Shown piece by piece: positions 46,393 to 56,445 of a stretch of 64,000 bases of DNA. A program made the translations under genes and the position numbers. The stretch is from Thermoplasmata archaeon (GTDB lineage: Archaea > Thermoplasmatota > Thermoplasmata > GCA-020350865): contig CP070751.1 of assembly GCA_020348445.1 (NCBI GenBank), positions 2,549,252-2,613,251 on the forward strand, written 5' to 3'. Under the pieces are notes generated by a model, which saw only the letters and a program-made list of their open reading frames with translations, searched no databases and was not told the origin of the DNA. How positions within the stretch are numbered: the stretch's first letter is position 1; the number at the start of each line of letters is the position of its first letter.

Positions 46393-47577
46393 TTGGATAA
46401 TTTGATAGAAATCAATGAGGGGAAAATAAACAGTTTCTGTTTAAAAAAGCAACATCTTACTGACGACTCGAAAATCAATGACATAGTAAAAATCACAAAG
46501 GACATTGGCGGTTTACATGCCACTTCATCTGCCACAACCTACCTATCACTTTTTGTTAGGACAAATAAATTTCAAAGAGATTACCTAAATAAAGAATTAT
46601 ATGTAAAGAGAAACCTGGGGAAGGTAAGATATGTGAGGGGAACTATTTACGTTCTTCCGAAAGATAAGATACCTTTTGCATATTCGGCCATACGAAGCTA
46701 TATTTATCCTCTTTCCTGCAAATATGCAGAATATCATGGGATATCTGATGGGGATTACAGAAGAATATCTAAACAGATTTTAAAAGCCCTTGACAGAAAA
46801 GCCATGACCGCCAAGGAAATAAAAAAGGCCGCGGGAATAAAATCCAAGATCTCACAAATTCTAAATCTCATGTGTGATGATGGACAATTGATCCGCGCAA
46901 AACCAAAAGGAGAATGGAAAAGCAATCTGCATACCTACTGCAGAATGGACCAATATTTTCCTGGCCTTGAACTTTTTACTCTGGATGAATCAGAAGCAAA
47001 GAAACAGGTGATACTACAGTACATCAATTCCTTTGGACCTGTGACCTTAAATGATATAACGTGGTGGACAAAATTTCATAAGACGAAGATAAGGGCGATA
47101 TTGCCAGATATTGAAGATGAGATAATCCAGGTAAAAGTTACGGAAAATAATGAACCTCATTATATCTTGACCACCCAAAAAAAAGCTCTCCAATCAACGA
47201 GAGTCAAAAAGAAACCCATGGTAAATCTGCTCCCTACTCTCGATACATATATAATGGGCTATAAAGACAGGGAAAGATACATTGATTTGGAATATTATGA
47301 TTATGTGTTCGACCGGTCTGGAAATGGAGTATCTTCTATTTTCATCGATGGAAAGATACATGGAGTGTGGGATTTTGCAGAAAAACCTGAACCCATTGTT
47401 AAACTATTCTACTTTAAGGATGTAAAAAAGGTACACGAAAAACAGATTCAATCAAAAGCAAAAAATATTGGAAAATTCATAGCGGGATGCGAAGTAGGAA
47501 TTAGAAAATGTAAACACATGGCCCCATTATCAAAAAGGACTGCTGGGGGCTTTATGTCACCCCTTAAGGATTGTTGA
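46393..47577 (+). CDS. AlkZ-family (HTH_42) winged-helix DNA glycosylase
   Basis: GGLHAT.....YLSL..R, VRGTIY, YI.SFGPVT..DI.WW, LLPTLD.Y.MGY..R, G.IHG.W. Confidence 0.85.
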   Translation: MDNLIEINEGKINSFCLKKQHLTDDSKINDIVKITKDIGGLHATSSATTYLSLFVRTNKFQRDYLNKELYVKRNLGKVRYVRGTIYVLPKDKIPFAYSAIRSYIYPLSCKYAEYHGISDGDYRRISKQILKALDRKAMTAKEIKKAAGIKSKISQILNLMCDDGQLIRAKPKGEWKSNLHTYCRMDQYFPGLELFTLDESEAKKQVILQYINSFGPVTLNDITWWTKFHKTKIRAILPDIEDEIIQVKVTENNEPHYILTTQKKALQSTRVKKKPMVNLLPTLDTYIMGYKDRERYIDLEYYDYVFDRSGNGVSSIFIDGKIHGVWDFAEKPEPIVKLFYFKDVKKVHEKQIQSKAKNIGKFIAGCEVGIRKCKHMAPLSKRTAGGFMSPLKDC

Positions 47578-47602
47578 GTTAACACATAGGAAAGGGATTT
47601 AT

Positions 47603-48076
47603 ATGGAAAAAGCCATGTTTGGAGCAGGATGTTTCTGGGGAGTGGAAGCAGCATTTCGCAAGGTAAAAGGCGTGGTATCCGCAGCAGTGGGCTACATGGG
47701 GGGAACTTTGGAAAATCCAACATACAAGGATGTGTGCACAGACAAAACCGGTCATGCCGAGGTTGTCCAAGTTGAGTTCGATCCTAAAGTGATTTCATAT
47801 GAGGAGCTTTTGAAAGTGTTTTGGGATATACATGATCCTACCCAGTTAAACAGGCAGGGACCTGATTTCGGCACCCAATACAGGTCCGTTATCTTTTACC
47901 ACAATGAGGAGCAGAATAAATTGGCAATTGCTTCAAAGGAGCAACTTCAACAATCTGGAAAATATGAGGGGGAAATTGTAACAGAAATAACTCCTGCTAC
48001 TGTATTTTACAGGGCCGAAGAGTACCATCAAAGATACCATGAAAAACATGGGATTGATAGTTGCGGTATTAGGTGA
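47603..48076 (+). CDS. msrA: Peptide methionine sulfoxide reductase A
   Basis: [14 protein letters not shown]...NPTY..VC...[13 protein letters not shown]. Confidence 0.97.
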   Translation: MEKAMFGAGCFWGVEAAFRKVKGVVSAAVGYMGGTLENPTYKDVCTDKTGHAEVVQVEFDPKVISYEELLKVFWDIHDPTQLNRQGPDFGTQYRSVIFYHNEEQNKLAIASKEQLQQSGKYEGEIVTEITPATVFYRAEEYHQRYHEKHGIDSCGIR

Positions 48077-48576
48077 GGTATGTGAATTCCGATTATATCT
48101 ACGAAGAAAAGATATTTGCCAAGGTAATCGGAGGTTTACTTGGTGGGATTTCGGTTATAATGCTGATCATATTACTCTATCAGATTACGGTGAGCCCACT
48201 TGGTGATGATCCAACACCTACAATCTTCTTCTTGATTATGTTCATTATCTTCATTATACTTACGCTCATGTTCTCCAGACTTATTATAAGAATATCATTT
48301 CAATCCATTACAGTTGGATTTGGCATTATAAAAAAAAGAATTCCCTTGGAAAATATCGAGAACTGCGAAATTGATAAAACATCTGCCATAAGATATGGAG
48401 GAGCGGGCATACGCACAGCCAGGGTAAAGGGAGAATGGGTATTGGTCTACAATGTTGTTGGAGGGGCAAGATGTGTGCTAAAGTTAAAAGAGGGGAGATT
48501 TAAAAAGTTCGTGTTCTCCACAAAAAATCCCGAGGAAATTGTAAATATTGTCAAAGGACAACTTGCTTTGGGATGA
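48073..48576 (+). CDS. Two-TM membrane protein with PH-like cytoplasmic domain
   Basis: Two hydrophobic helices, then YGGAGIR...[10 protein letters not shown]. Confidence 0.7.
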   Translation: MRYVNSDYIYEEKIFAKVIGGLLGGISVIMLIILLYQITVSPLGDDPTPTIFFLIMFIIFIILTLMFSRLIIRISFQSITVGFGIIKKRIPLENIENCEIDKTSAIRYGGAGIRTARVKGEWVLVYNVVGGARCVLKLKEGRFKKFVFSTKNPEEIVNIVKGQLALG

Positions 48577-48780
48577 ATCCTAAATAGGAGATGAAAAATA
48601 GTTAAACCGTCAGTTTTCGACACATAATTGATGGGTAATATCGGCTTTTCGAAATATCTTTATTTATTCATCAAAAGTCCCTTTCCAATTCGATGACTAA
48701 AATTACAAGGGCATTTTTAAAAATTTAATATATTTACTTTATAAATGAACTAATAAATTTTAATTAGTTTTATTGTTCTC

Positions 48781-49722
48781 TTATCCATAATTGGAATAGC
48801 CTTTAGTGCTCGATTGAAATACCCAATCGCTATCTGAATCTGTATCAGCACCATCAGGAATTCGTTGCCATGTATTATCATCATCGTAACTATCTGTTTT
48901 AACAAGAGTTGAATCAACTTCAAAAGAAGAAGGATTCATGAGAATTACTTTTTCCTTTGAGTTATTTAGCCATTCACCACTTAATAAAATAATCTCATAT
49001 CCTCCAGGATCTATTGATCCGGCTAGTGAAAGACCATTATCATCTTTATTCAATAAATACCAACTAGTAAAATTTATGGAGTTATTAGTCGGATTAAAAA
49101 GCTCTACCCATTCGTTATCACTATCCGAACCAGTAGGGTTGAGTTCAATTTCATTGATTATTAATCGACCTTGTGATTCGTTATTCGAACGTCCTCTTGT
49201 ACCATGGACGAATGCCCAATCACTATCTGAATCAGTATCCATTGCATTTGGTATTCTTGACCAAGTGTAGTGATTATCTGAAATGTCTGTTAAGATTGGA
49301 GTGGAATCTATTATCACACGATTCTCATTTAAAAGGATCAGCCTTTCGGCACTATTATCAAGCCATGGACCTGAAATAAACCACACCACATAACGATAAG
49401 GAGATATTGTAGATGAGAGTGAATGACGATCCCCCTTATTATTTTGTATAGCCCAATCCATTACCCATAAAGTTTGGTTCGTTGGATTATAAAGTTCGAC
49501 ATATTCATTTACACTATCTGGACCCTTAGGATTAGGTTCAAATTCATTGATTATTAATTGGTTTTCTGGGTATTTTGCTGGGGGTTTCTCAGTGGATTCA
49601 TCTGAACTAGATTCATCTTTATTATATCTCTCATCAATAACAAAATACAAACCTAATACACCAATCAAAATGAAACAAACAATTAATAATACTAATATAA
49701 TTTTCTTTATTTCCCTCGACAT
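48781..49722 (-). CDS. Membrane-anchored protein with two lamin-tail (LTD) domains
   Basis: Two copies of LIINE.E.NP.G.D..NE.VEL.NPT...W.RIP...DTDSDSDW; N-terminal TM. Confidence 0.85.
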   Translation of the reverse strand: MSREIKKIILVLLIVCFILIGVLGLYFVIDERYNKDESSSDESTEKPPAKYPENQLIINEFEPNPKGPDSVNEYVELYNPTNQTLWVMDWAIQNNKGDRHSLSSTISPYRYVVWFISGPWLDNSAERLILLNENRVIIDSTPILTDISDNHYTWSRIPNAMDTDSDSDWAFVHGTRGRSNNESQGRLIINEIELNPTGSDSDNEWVELFNPTNNSINFTSWYLLNKDDNGLSLAGSIDPGGYEIILLSGEWLNNSKEKVILMNPSSFEVDSTLVKTDSYDDDNTWQRIPDGADTDSDSDWVFQSSTKGYSNYG

Positions 49723-49968
49723 ATTTTTGGGGCCTCCCTGTTAATGCATTTTTTTAGAGTTTGAACCGCCCTTCACATCCGAAGCTTAATTTTCTACAAT
49801 TTTAGATTGAATTATTGACATATAAACCTTTTCTTAATGGATGTTACCCTATATTTCCCATTTAAGTTAACTATGATAAATAAAATTCAAATATTTTCAT
49901 TTCAAAAAATTATTTAATCTTCAACCCCTTACAATGTATTACTAACTATCCAATAATGGAGGTATATC

Positions 49969-50865
49969 ATGCTAACCCAAATTCACTTTCTTCTGACCTA
50001 TCTATGCAATATGGAATGCGACCATTGTTTTGTATATAGTAATCCAAATGCAAAAGGTACCTTTTCTCTAAATCAGATTAAAAATGTCCTCGATGAGCTG
50101 GATAAAATCGGAACAATTGAATGGGTGTATTTTGAAGGTGGAGAACCATTTATGTTCTATCCCCTTATGGTGGAGGGGATTAAACTAGCAAAAAACAGAG
50201 GATATAAGATTGGAGTGGTGACAAACGCATACTGGGTGACATCAGAGGAAGATGCTTTACTTTGGTTAAAACCACTTCATGAACTGGGAATATCTGATTT
50301 GAGTATCAGCGACGATGAATTCCATTATGAGAATGAGAAGGACAATTTCACCAAACTCGCGTATGCTGCCGCAAAAAACTTGGGAATGCCTGTTGGGTCA
50401 ATATGCATAGATAAACCGGAAGTTCATACAGAAATAACAAGATCCAAGGGGGAGTCTGTAGTAGATGGAGGAGCACTACTTAAAGGAAGAGCAGTAGAAA
50501 AACTGACAGAAAATCTTCCCAGAAGAAAAAGCGAGGAGTTCACAGAATGTCCTGAGGAGGATTTAAAAAATCCAAAGAGAGTTCATGTGGATCCATACGG
50601 ATATGTTCACATATGCCAGGGATTGGTAATGGGCAACATGTGGGAGACACCCCTTTCTGAAATGGTGAAGAACTATGATGCAGAGACCCATGCAATTTGC
50701 GGCTCTTTGCTCTCAGGCGGGCCAGCACTATTGGCTAAAAAGTATGATGTTGAACATGAAAAAGAATATGCCAGCGCATGTCATTTTTGCTATGAAGTGC
50801 GAAAAACTCTCTTGGATAGATTCCCAAAATATCTTGCACCGAGGCAGATTTACGGATTAGAATAA
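49969..50865 (+). CDS. Radical SAM protein
   Basis: CNMECDHC, FEGGEPF, VVTNAYW, SISDD..H; Cys-rich C-terminus (HVDPYG.VHIC, CHFC). Confidence 0.88.
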   Translation: MLTQIHFLLTYLCNMECDHCFVYSNPNAKGTFSLNQIKNVLDELDKIGTIEWVYFEGGEPFMFYPLMVEGIKLAKNRGYKIGVVTNAYWVTSEEDALLWLKPLHELGISDLSISDDEFHYENEKDNFTKLAYAAAKNLGMPVGSICIDKPEVHTEITRSKGESVVDGGALLKGRAVEKLTENLPRRKSEEFTECPEEDLKNPKRVHVDPYGYVHICQGLVMGNMWETPLSEMVKNYDAETHAICGSLLSGGPALLAKKYDVEHEKEYASACHFCYEVRKTLLDRFPKYLAPRQIYGLE

Positions 50866-50931
50866 TAAAGGATTGTCACATTAAATCATTAAACAAAAGC
50901 AGGGATATCATAAGATTTAGGGGGACAGGAA

Positions 50932-51609
50932 GTGCAATACAAAGAAGTTATGAAAAAATTAGAATCTCTTTCAAATCCAGATTCAGTTAGGGGGATGGCA
51001 AAGTACGGGATCAACTCAAATAACAATTTGGGAATAAATGTCACAACTTTGAGAAAGCTGGCAAAAGAAATTGGATGCGATCATGAACTTGCCCTTAAAC
51101 TTTGGGCTTCAGGAATCAGGGATGCACGTTTTCTTGCAGCCACAATCGATGATCCCGAGAAAGTTACAGAAGAGCAACTGGAGAGCATGGTTCTGGATCT
51201 GAATTCCTGGGATATCTGCGACCATTGTGCAAGTGATATCTTCCTTAACAGCAAATTCGCGTATAAGAAGGCGGTGGAATGGAGTGCAAGGGATGAAGAA
51301 TTCGTTAAAAGGGCTGGTTTTTCTTTGATGGCAAGATTGGCTGTCCGTGACAAAAAAGCAGAAGATAGAAAATTCGAGAGATTCCTCCCAATAATCAAAA
51401 GGGAGGCTTGCGATGAGAGAAACTATGTTAAGAAGGCTGTGAATTGGGCATTGAGACAGATAGGAAAACGAAACCTTCACCTTAACAAGATGGCCATCAA
51501 GACTGCAAAGGATATTCAGAAGATGGATTCGAAGAGCGCAAATTGGATAGCCTCAGATGCCTTACGGGAATTGACAGGTGATAAGATACAAAAGAGGTTT
51601 AAAAAATGA
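50932..51609 (+). CDS. AlkD-like DNA alkylation repair glycosylase (HEAT-like repeats)
   Basis: GI....LRKLAKEI, W.ICD, W..RDEEFVKRAG, DER.YVKKAVNWALRQIGKR. Confidence 0.9.
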   Translation: MQYKEVMKKLESLSNPDSVRGMAKYGINSNNNLGINVTTLRKLAKEIGCDHELALKLWASGIRDARFLAATIDDPEKVTEEQLESMVLDLNSWDICDHCASDIFLNSKFAYKKAVEWSARDEEFVKRAGFSLMARLAVRDKKAEDRKFERFLPIIKREACDERNYVKKAVNWALRQIGKRNLHLNKMAIKTAKDIQKMDSKSANWIASDALRELTGDKIQKRFKK

Positions 51610-52580
51610 AGAGCCAGAATAAAGAAATCATAGATAGAATGCTCGATTCAGGGGAGCCCTCGATTCGTTTCAAGATTCTGACCAAAGTTCTTGGAAGGAG
51701 CTTAGAATCATCTGAAGTTAAAGAAATTCAGGAGGATATAAAGTCATCCAAGAGAGTAAAATTACTTCTTTCAGAAAGAAAAAAAGACGGAAAAATACAC
51801 CATAGACCATATGCAAAATGGTATGGAGCTCATTGGGTGTTAACATATCTTGCTGACAATGGCTATCCACCAGGGGATGATTCACTTGTCCCACTCAGGG
51901 AACAGGTTTACGAATGGCTGTTTTCAGAGGAGCATGAAAAGAAGATCATATCCATATCCGGGCGAACGAGAAGATGCGCGTCCCAGGAAGGGAATGCCCT
52001 TTATTATCTTCTTGCCCTCGGTCTTGCTGATGATGGAACTGAAAAGTTGGCAAAACGGCTCTCTTCTTGGCAGTGGCCAGACGGGGGATGGAATTGTGAT
52101 AAGAAATCCGATGCCGTAAATTCCTCTTTCTTCGAGAGTCTTATTCCCCTTCGGGGATTGACGCTACATGCTAAATTGACTGGTGATAAGAATTCCAAAG
52201 AAGCGGCAAAACATGCTGCTGAGATTTTCTTAAAACGGAGATGTTATAAAAGCCAAAAGGATGGAAGTACAATAATGGATGATTTTGTGAAGCTGCATTA
52301 TCCATGCTATTGGCATTACGATATACTATTTGGATTGAAGGTCTTGGCTGAAGCTGGATTTATTAAGGATAAACGTTGTCATGATGCCATGGATATACTG
52401 GAATCAAAGCGTTTGCCTGATGGGGGGTTCCCAGCAGAAAAGAAGTATTATCGACTGGCAAATGAGAAAATATCTGGGCGCTCTCTTGTTGACTGGGGAG
52501 GGGCCAGCAAAAGGAAAATGAATGAGTTCGTAACTGCAGATGCTCTGTTTGTACTTAAAAAATCAGGACGACTTAATTGA
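51606..52580 (+). CDS. Prenyltransferase/terpene-cyclase-like alpha/alpha toroid protein (paralog 2)
   Basis: S.EPSIRF, QWPDGGWNC, YP.YWHYD.L.GL, KRLPDGGF; ATGA overlap with alkD. Confidence 0.75.
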   Translation: MKSQNKEIIDRMLDSGEPSIRFKILTKVLGRSLESSEVKEIQEDIKSSKRVKLLLSERKKDGKIHHRPYAKWYGAHWVLTYLADNGYPPGDDSLVPLREQVYEWLFSEEHEKKIISISGRTRRCASQEGNALYYLLALGLADDGTEKLAKRLSSWQWPDGGWNCDKKSDAVNSSFFESLIPLRGLTLHAKLTGDKNSKEAAKHAAEIFLKRRCYKSQKDGSTIMDDFVKLHYPCYWHYDILFGLKVLAEAGFIKDKRCHDAMDILESKRLPDGGFPAEKKYYRLANEKISGRSLVDWGGASKRKMNEFVTADALFVLKKSGRLN

Positions 52581-52665
52581 TATGGGGAAATTGCAGAAGC
52601 CTGTCGAAAATTTCTTTTATATGAAAGACGTTATGCTATCAGTTCTTAAAATAAGGGGGAGAGGT

Positions 52666-53421
52666 ATGGACATGATAAATGTAGAACATCACGAAAAAGT
52701 GGCAATATTGAGATTAAACAATGGTGTAACAAACCCATTGAACCTTGAATTTCTAGAAGAAATTTCCAAAAATCTGAAAAAATTGAAACAGGATCCTTCT
52801 GTACGCAGTGTGGTTGTGACCAGTGCAAACGATAAATTCTTTTCAATAGGCTTTGATATCCCAAAACTCTACGATCTTTCCCGGGAGGAGGTTAGCATCT
52901 TTTACCAGGCATACAACCGTGTTTGCATGGATCTGTATACTTTTCCTAAACCCACTATCGCAGCGATAACTGGTCATGCGATTGCAGGGGGTTGCATTTT
53001 AACGCTTTGCTGCGATCTGCGATTCATTGCCGAGGGGAAAAAACTAATGGGACTTAACGAGATCAAACTTGGAGTGCCAGTTCCATATCCTGGGGATCGC
53101 ATTTTAACACAACTTGTGGGAACCAGATACGCCAGTGATATTATGAACTCAGGTGAGTTTTATTCTACAAGCGAGCAACTTCGAATGGGTATGGTGGATT
53201 TCGTTTTACCCCTCAAACAGGTGGTGCCCGAATCTATTGATAGGATTAGAATAATGGGTGCAATGCCCAATGAGGGTTTCAGAATGATAAAACGTAATAG
53301 AGTGGAGCCAGTGGAAGAGCAGGTTTTTGCAAACTTGGCAGAAAAAGAGCAGTACTTCTTAGGATGTTGGTTTTCGGATGAAGCCCGAAAAAGATTAAAA
53401 GAGGCTATATCGAAGTTCTAG
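52666..53421 (+). CDS. Enoyl-CoA hydratase/isomerase family protein (start revised to 52666)
   Basis: FFSIGFDI, PKPTIAAITGHAIAGG, GLNEIKLG. Confidence 0.9.
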   Translation: MDMINVEHHEKVAILRLNNGVTNPLNLEFLEEISKNLKKLKQDPSVRSVVVTSANDKFFSIGFDIPKLYDLSREEVSIFYQAYNRVCMDLYTFPKPTIAAITGHAIAGGCILTLCCDLRFIAEGKKLMGLNEIKLGVPVPYPGDRILTQLVGTRYASDIMNSGEFYSTSEQLRMGMVDFVLPLKQVVPESIDRIRIMGAMPNEGFRMIKRNRVEPVEEQVFANLAEKEQYFLGCWFSDEARKRLKEAISKF

Positions 53422-53423
53422 TT

Positions 53424-53957
53424 TTGATGGGAGGATATCCCTTGAGCCAGATATTACAAAAACTCAAAGGAGGAGATCTCCGATCCATTGGTAGGGCAGA
53501 TGAGGTTGTAGAGGATATTCTAAAGAATCCGTCCCTTTTTGGAGAGGTATTCAAAGGTATGAGCCACGATGATCCAAAAGTGCGGATGCGAAGCGCCGAT
53601 GCACTGGAGAAGGTATCATCCAAGCATCCTGAGTACCTCCAGCCCTATAAAAAAAGGCTCATTTCTGAGGTATCGGTAAGTGATCAGCAGGAAGTGCAAT
53701 GGCATGTGGCCCAGATGTTTTCTTATTTAAAACTTACAAGAAAAGAAAGGGAGAAGGTCGTTTCGATTCTTTTTTCCTATATTGATGGTACCAAGAGCAA
53801 CATCGTCAAGGTATTTTCCATGGAAACGCTGACCGAGCTTGCAGAAAGTGACGATAACTTAAAACCTAGGGTCATAGGAAAGATAAAAAAGGAAATTAAA
53901 AGCGGAAGTTCTGCTGTAGTAAACAGAGGTCGGAAACTGATCAAATTATTGGAATAA
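53424..53957 (+). CDS. HEAT/ARM-repeat protein
   Basis: DDPKVRMRSADALEKV, EVQWHVAQM, SNIVKVFSMETL. Confidence 0.7.
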   Translation: MMGGYPLSQILQKLKGGDLRSIGRADEVVEDILKNPSLFGEVFKGMSHDDPKVRMRSADALEKVSSKHPEYLQPYKKRLISEVSVSDQQEVQWHVAQMFSYLKLTRKEREKVVSILFSYIDGTKSNIVKVFSMETLTELAESDDNLKPRVIGKIKKEIKSGSSAVVNRGRKLIKLLE

Positions 53958-53984
53958 AAATAAACAACCCAAGGAGGTATTTAC

Positions 53985-55154
53985 CTGAGAGAAATATATG
54001 CAGTTTTAGGTGCTGGACGACAGGGAGTAGCAGCAGCATATGATCTGGCAAAATTCGGAGATGCCAAGGAGATCAGATTGGTAGATTTGAATGATGAGCT
54101 GGCAAAAGAGTCTTCAAAATACGTTAATAACCTTATTGACAGGGATGTTGTCATTCCGGTTCAGGCAGATGTTGAAAATGAGAAAGAGTTGGACTCATTT
54201 ATTGAGGATATCACCACTATAATAAGCGCGGTCCCTTACAATTTCAACCTAGCTCTGACAAAAACGGCTGTGAAAAATGGAGTGAATATGTGTGATTTGG
54301 GGGGCAATACAGCCATTATCAAACAACAAATTGAATTCGACTCAGAGGCAAAATTAAAAGGAATAACCATTGTTCCTGACTGCGGTATGGGACCGGGCAT
54401 GAACATCTCACTTGCCGTTTATGCAATGTCACTTCTTGAAAAACCACAGGAGATTTATATATGGGATGGCGGTCTTCCTCAAAATCCCAAACAACCTTGG
54501 AATTATGTTTTAACCTTCAACATCGGTGGCTTGACCAATGAATACTATGGCAAGGCTCACTTCCTTCGAAATGGAAAGATCTCCGAGGTTCCGTGCTTTG
54601 ATGGATACGAAGAACTTGACTTTCCTCCACCACTCAACAAACTGGAGGCCTTTGTTACCTCAGGGGGACTTTCCACCATGCCCTGGTCCTTTGAGGGAAA
54701 ACTAAAATGCCTTGAAAATAAGACTTTGCGGTATCCTGGCCACTGGGCGCAATTTAGGGCCTTCTCAGAACTTGGTTTATTGGGACTTGAACCCATAGAA
54801 GTTGGTAATGTCAAGGTTACACCAAGGGATTTCTTTCATGTCCTTCTTGAACCAGAACTTACACAGGATGATGTACGCGATGTTGGGTTGATTAGGGTAA
54901 AGTGCATAGGAGAGAAAGAGGGAAAACATACTGAGGTAATTGTTGATCTAATGGATTATTACGATGAGAAAATAGGTTTTACAGCAATGCAAAGAATGAC
55001 AGGCTGGCATGCCTCCATCGTAGCTATCATGGCATCACAGGATAGAATTCGAAAAGGAGTTGTTCCTGTGGAGTTTATCCCAGGCGCTGCAGTGGTTAAA
55101 GAGGCGCGAAGAAGAGGATTTGTAATTGAGGAAAAGGTTGAGGTGAAGGAATAA
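53985..55154 (+). CDS. Saccharopine/lysine 6-dehydrogenase family protein; probable CTG start at 53985
   Basis: In-frame YAVLGAGRQG Rossmann motif upstream of ORF-track start 54078; CGMGPG, GLTNEY, KTLRYPGH, MQR.TG. Confidence 0.85.
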   Translation: MREIYAVLGAGRQGVAAAYDLAKFGDAKEIRLVDLNDELAKESSKYVNNLIDRDVVIPVQADVENEKELDSFIEDITTIISAVPYNFNLALTKTAVKNGVNMCDLGGNTAIIKQQIEFDSEAKLKGITIVPDCGMGPGMNISLAVYAMSLLEKPQEIYIWDGGLPQNPKQPWNYVLTFNIGGLTNEYYGKAHFLRNGKISEVPCFDGYEELDFPPPLNKLEAFVTSGGLSTMPWSFEGKLKCLENKTLRYPGHWAQFRAFSELGLLGLEPIEVGNVKVTPRDFFHVLLEPELTQDDVRDVGLIRVKCIGEKEGKHTEVIVDLMDYYDEKIGFTAMQRMTGWHASIVAIMASQDRIRKGVVPVEFIPGAAVVKEARRRGFVIEEKVEVKE

Positions 55155-55239
55155 TAGAGAACATTTTGTATCATGATGGATTAATTTTCTTAAAAGCTAA
55201 TATCTTTATAAACCACAGCGAATATACACCATATAGAGG

Positions 55240-56262
55240 ATGATGATGCAAAAGAAACAAGTAAGCAGATATTCCAGACATATCATACTTGAGGAGATCG
55301 GGGAGATTGGGCAGAAACTGCTTCGAGAATCCACTGTCGCTGTCGTAGGCTGTGGAGCCCTAGGCAATGTTATTGCCAATCACCTTGTAAGGGCAGGCAT
55401 TGGAAGACTGAGGATAATAGACAGGGATTTAGTTGAGCTCGATAATCTTCAGAGACAGATATTGTTTGACGAGCAGGATGTGGGATCTCCCAAATCCTTA
55501 GCTGCACAGAAGAAACTGGAGAATGTCAACTCGGAAGTTGAAATTGAAGGTGTGGTAAAGGATTTGAATCCCAACAATGCAGAGAAAATTCTAGGTGATG
55601 TGAACCTCATCCTCGATGGAACCGACAACATGGAGACCCGATATCTCGTAAATGATGTTTGTGTTAAGAAAAACATTCCATGGGTGTACGGCGGAGCTGT
55701 ATCAACATATGGAATGAGCATGAATATCGTCCCACAAGATACGGCCTGCCTAGTTTGTGCCTTTCCATACCTGCCAAGAGCGGGTTCCCTTCCAACATGC
55801 GATACAGTTGGCGTCCTTAACACTGTGCCGAGCATAATAGCCTCCATTCAAACCACCGAGGCATTGAAGATACTTATGAAAAAAGAGTACAACAAGGAAT
55901 TGATCGTATATGACGTCTGGAACCATGATTTTAAAAATATCAAGCTAAAAAGAAATTCTCAATGCAAATGTTGTACAGATAGAAACTTCGAATATCTAAG
56001 TGCGAAAAAATCAGAGCGCACCACGGTATTGTGCGGCCGAAATTCAGTTCAGATAATCCCAGCTTTAGAAAGTGATATCGATCTGCAACACTTGGCGGCC
56101 CGCCTTAAAAAAGTGGGCAACGTGAAGCTAAGTCCTGTTCATCTGGTCTTCGAGACAAAAGAAGCGGCAATCAATATATTCAAGGATGGAAGAGCCATTG
56201 TTAAAGGAACAGACAACGAAACCCAGGCTCGAACAATATATGCAAAATATATAGGCAACTAA
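55240..56262 (+). CDS. moeB: ThiF/MoeB-family adenylyltransferase
   Basis: RYSRH, GCGALG, DRD.VEL.NLQRQ, CLVC, TCDTVGV, CKCC, LCGRNSVQI extension. Confidence 0.85.
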   Translation: MMMQKKQVSRYSRHIILEEIGEIGQKLLRESTVAVVGCGALGNVIANHLVRAGIGRLRIIDRDLVELDNLQRQILFDEQDVGSPKSLAAQKKLENVNSEVEIEGVVKDLNPNNAEKILGDVNLILDGTDNMETRYLVNDVCVKKNIPWVYGGAVSTYGMSMNIVPQDTACLVCAFPYLPRAGSLPTCDTVGVLNTVPSIIASIQTTEALKILMKKEYNKELIVYDVWNHDFKNIKLKRNSQCKCCTDRNFEYLSAKKSERTTVLCGRNSVQIIPALESDIDLQHLAARLKKVGNVKLSPVHLVFETKEAAINIFKDGRAIVKGTDNETQARTIYAKYIGN

Positions 56263-56445
56263 TAGAAGTTTAAGTTGATTAAACATTTAAGATAATACAT
56301 GTTAACTACTTTAAAACGTTTGAATTTTACCCAAATATTAATGAATAGCTTCTTATATGGTTCTATATATATAGGAAAATAACAACCCACAGTGAGCACT
56401 CTTGTACTTGACCTTGAGGTTAGTACGGACGATTGGGGGGAGTGT

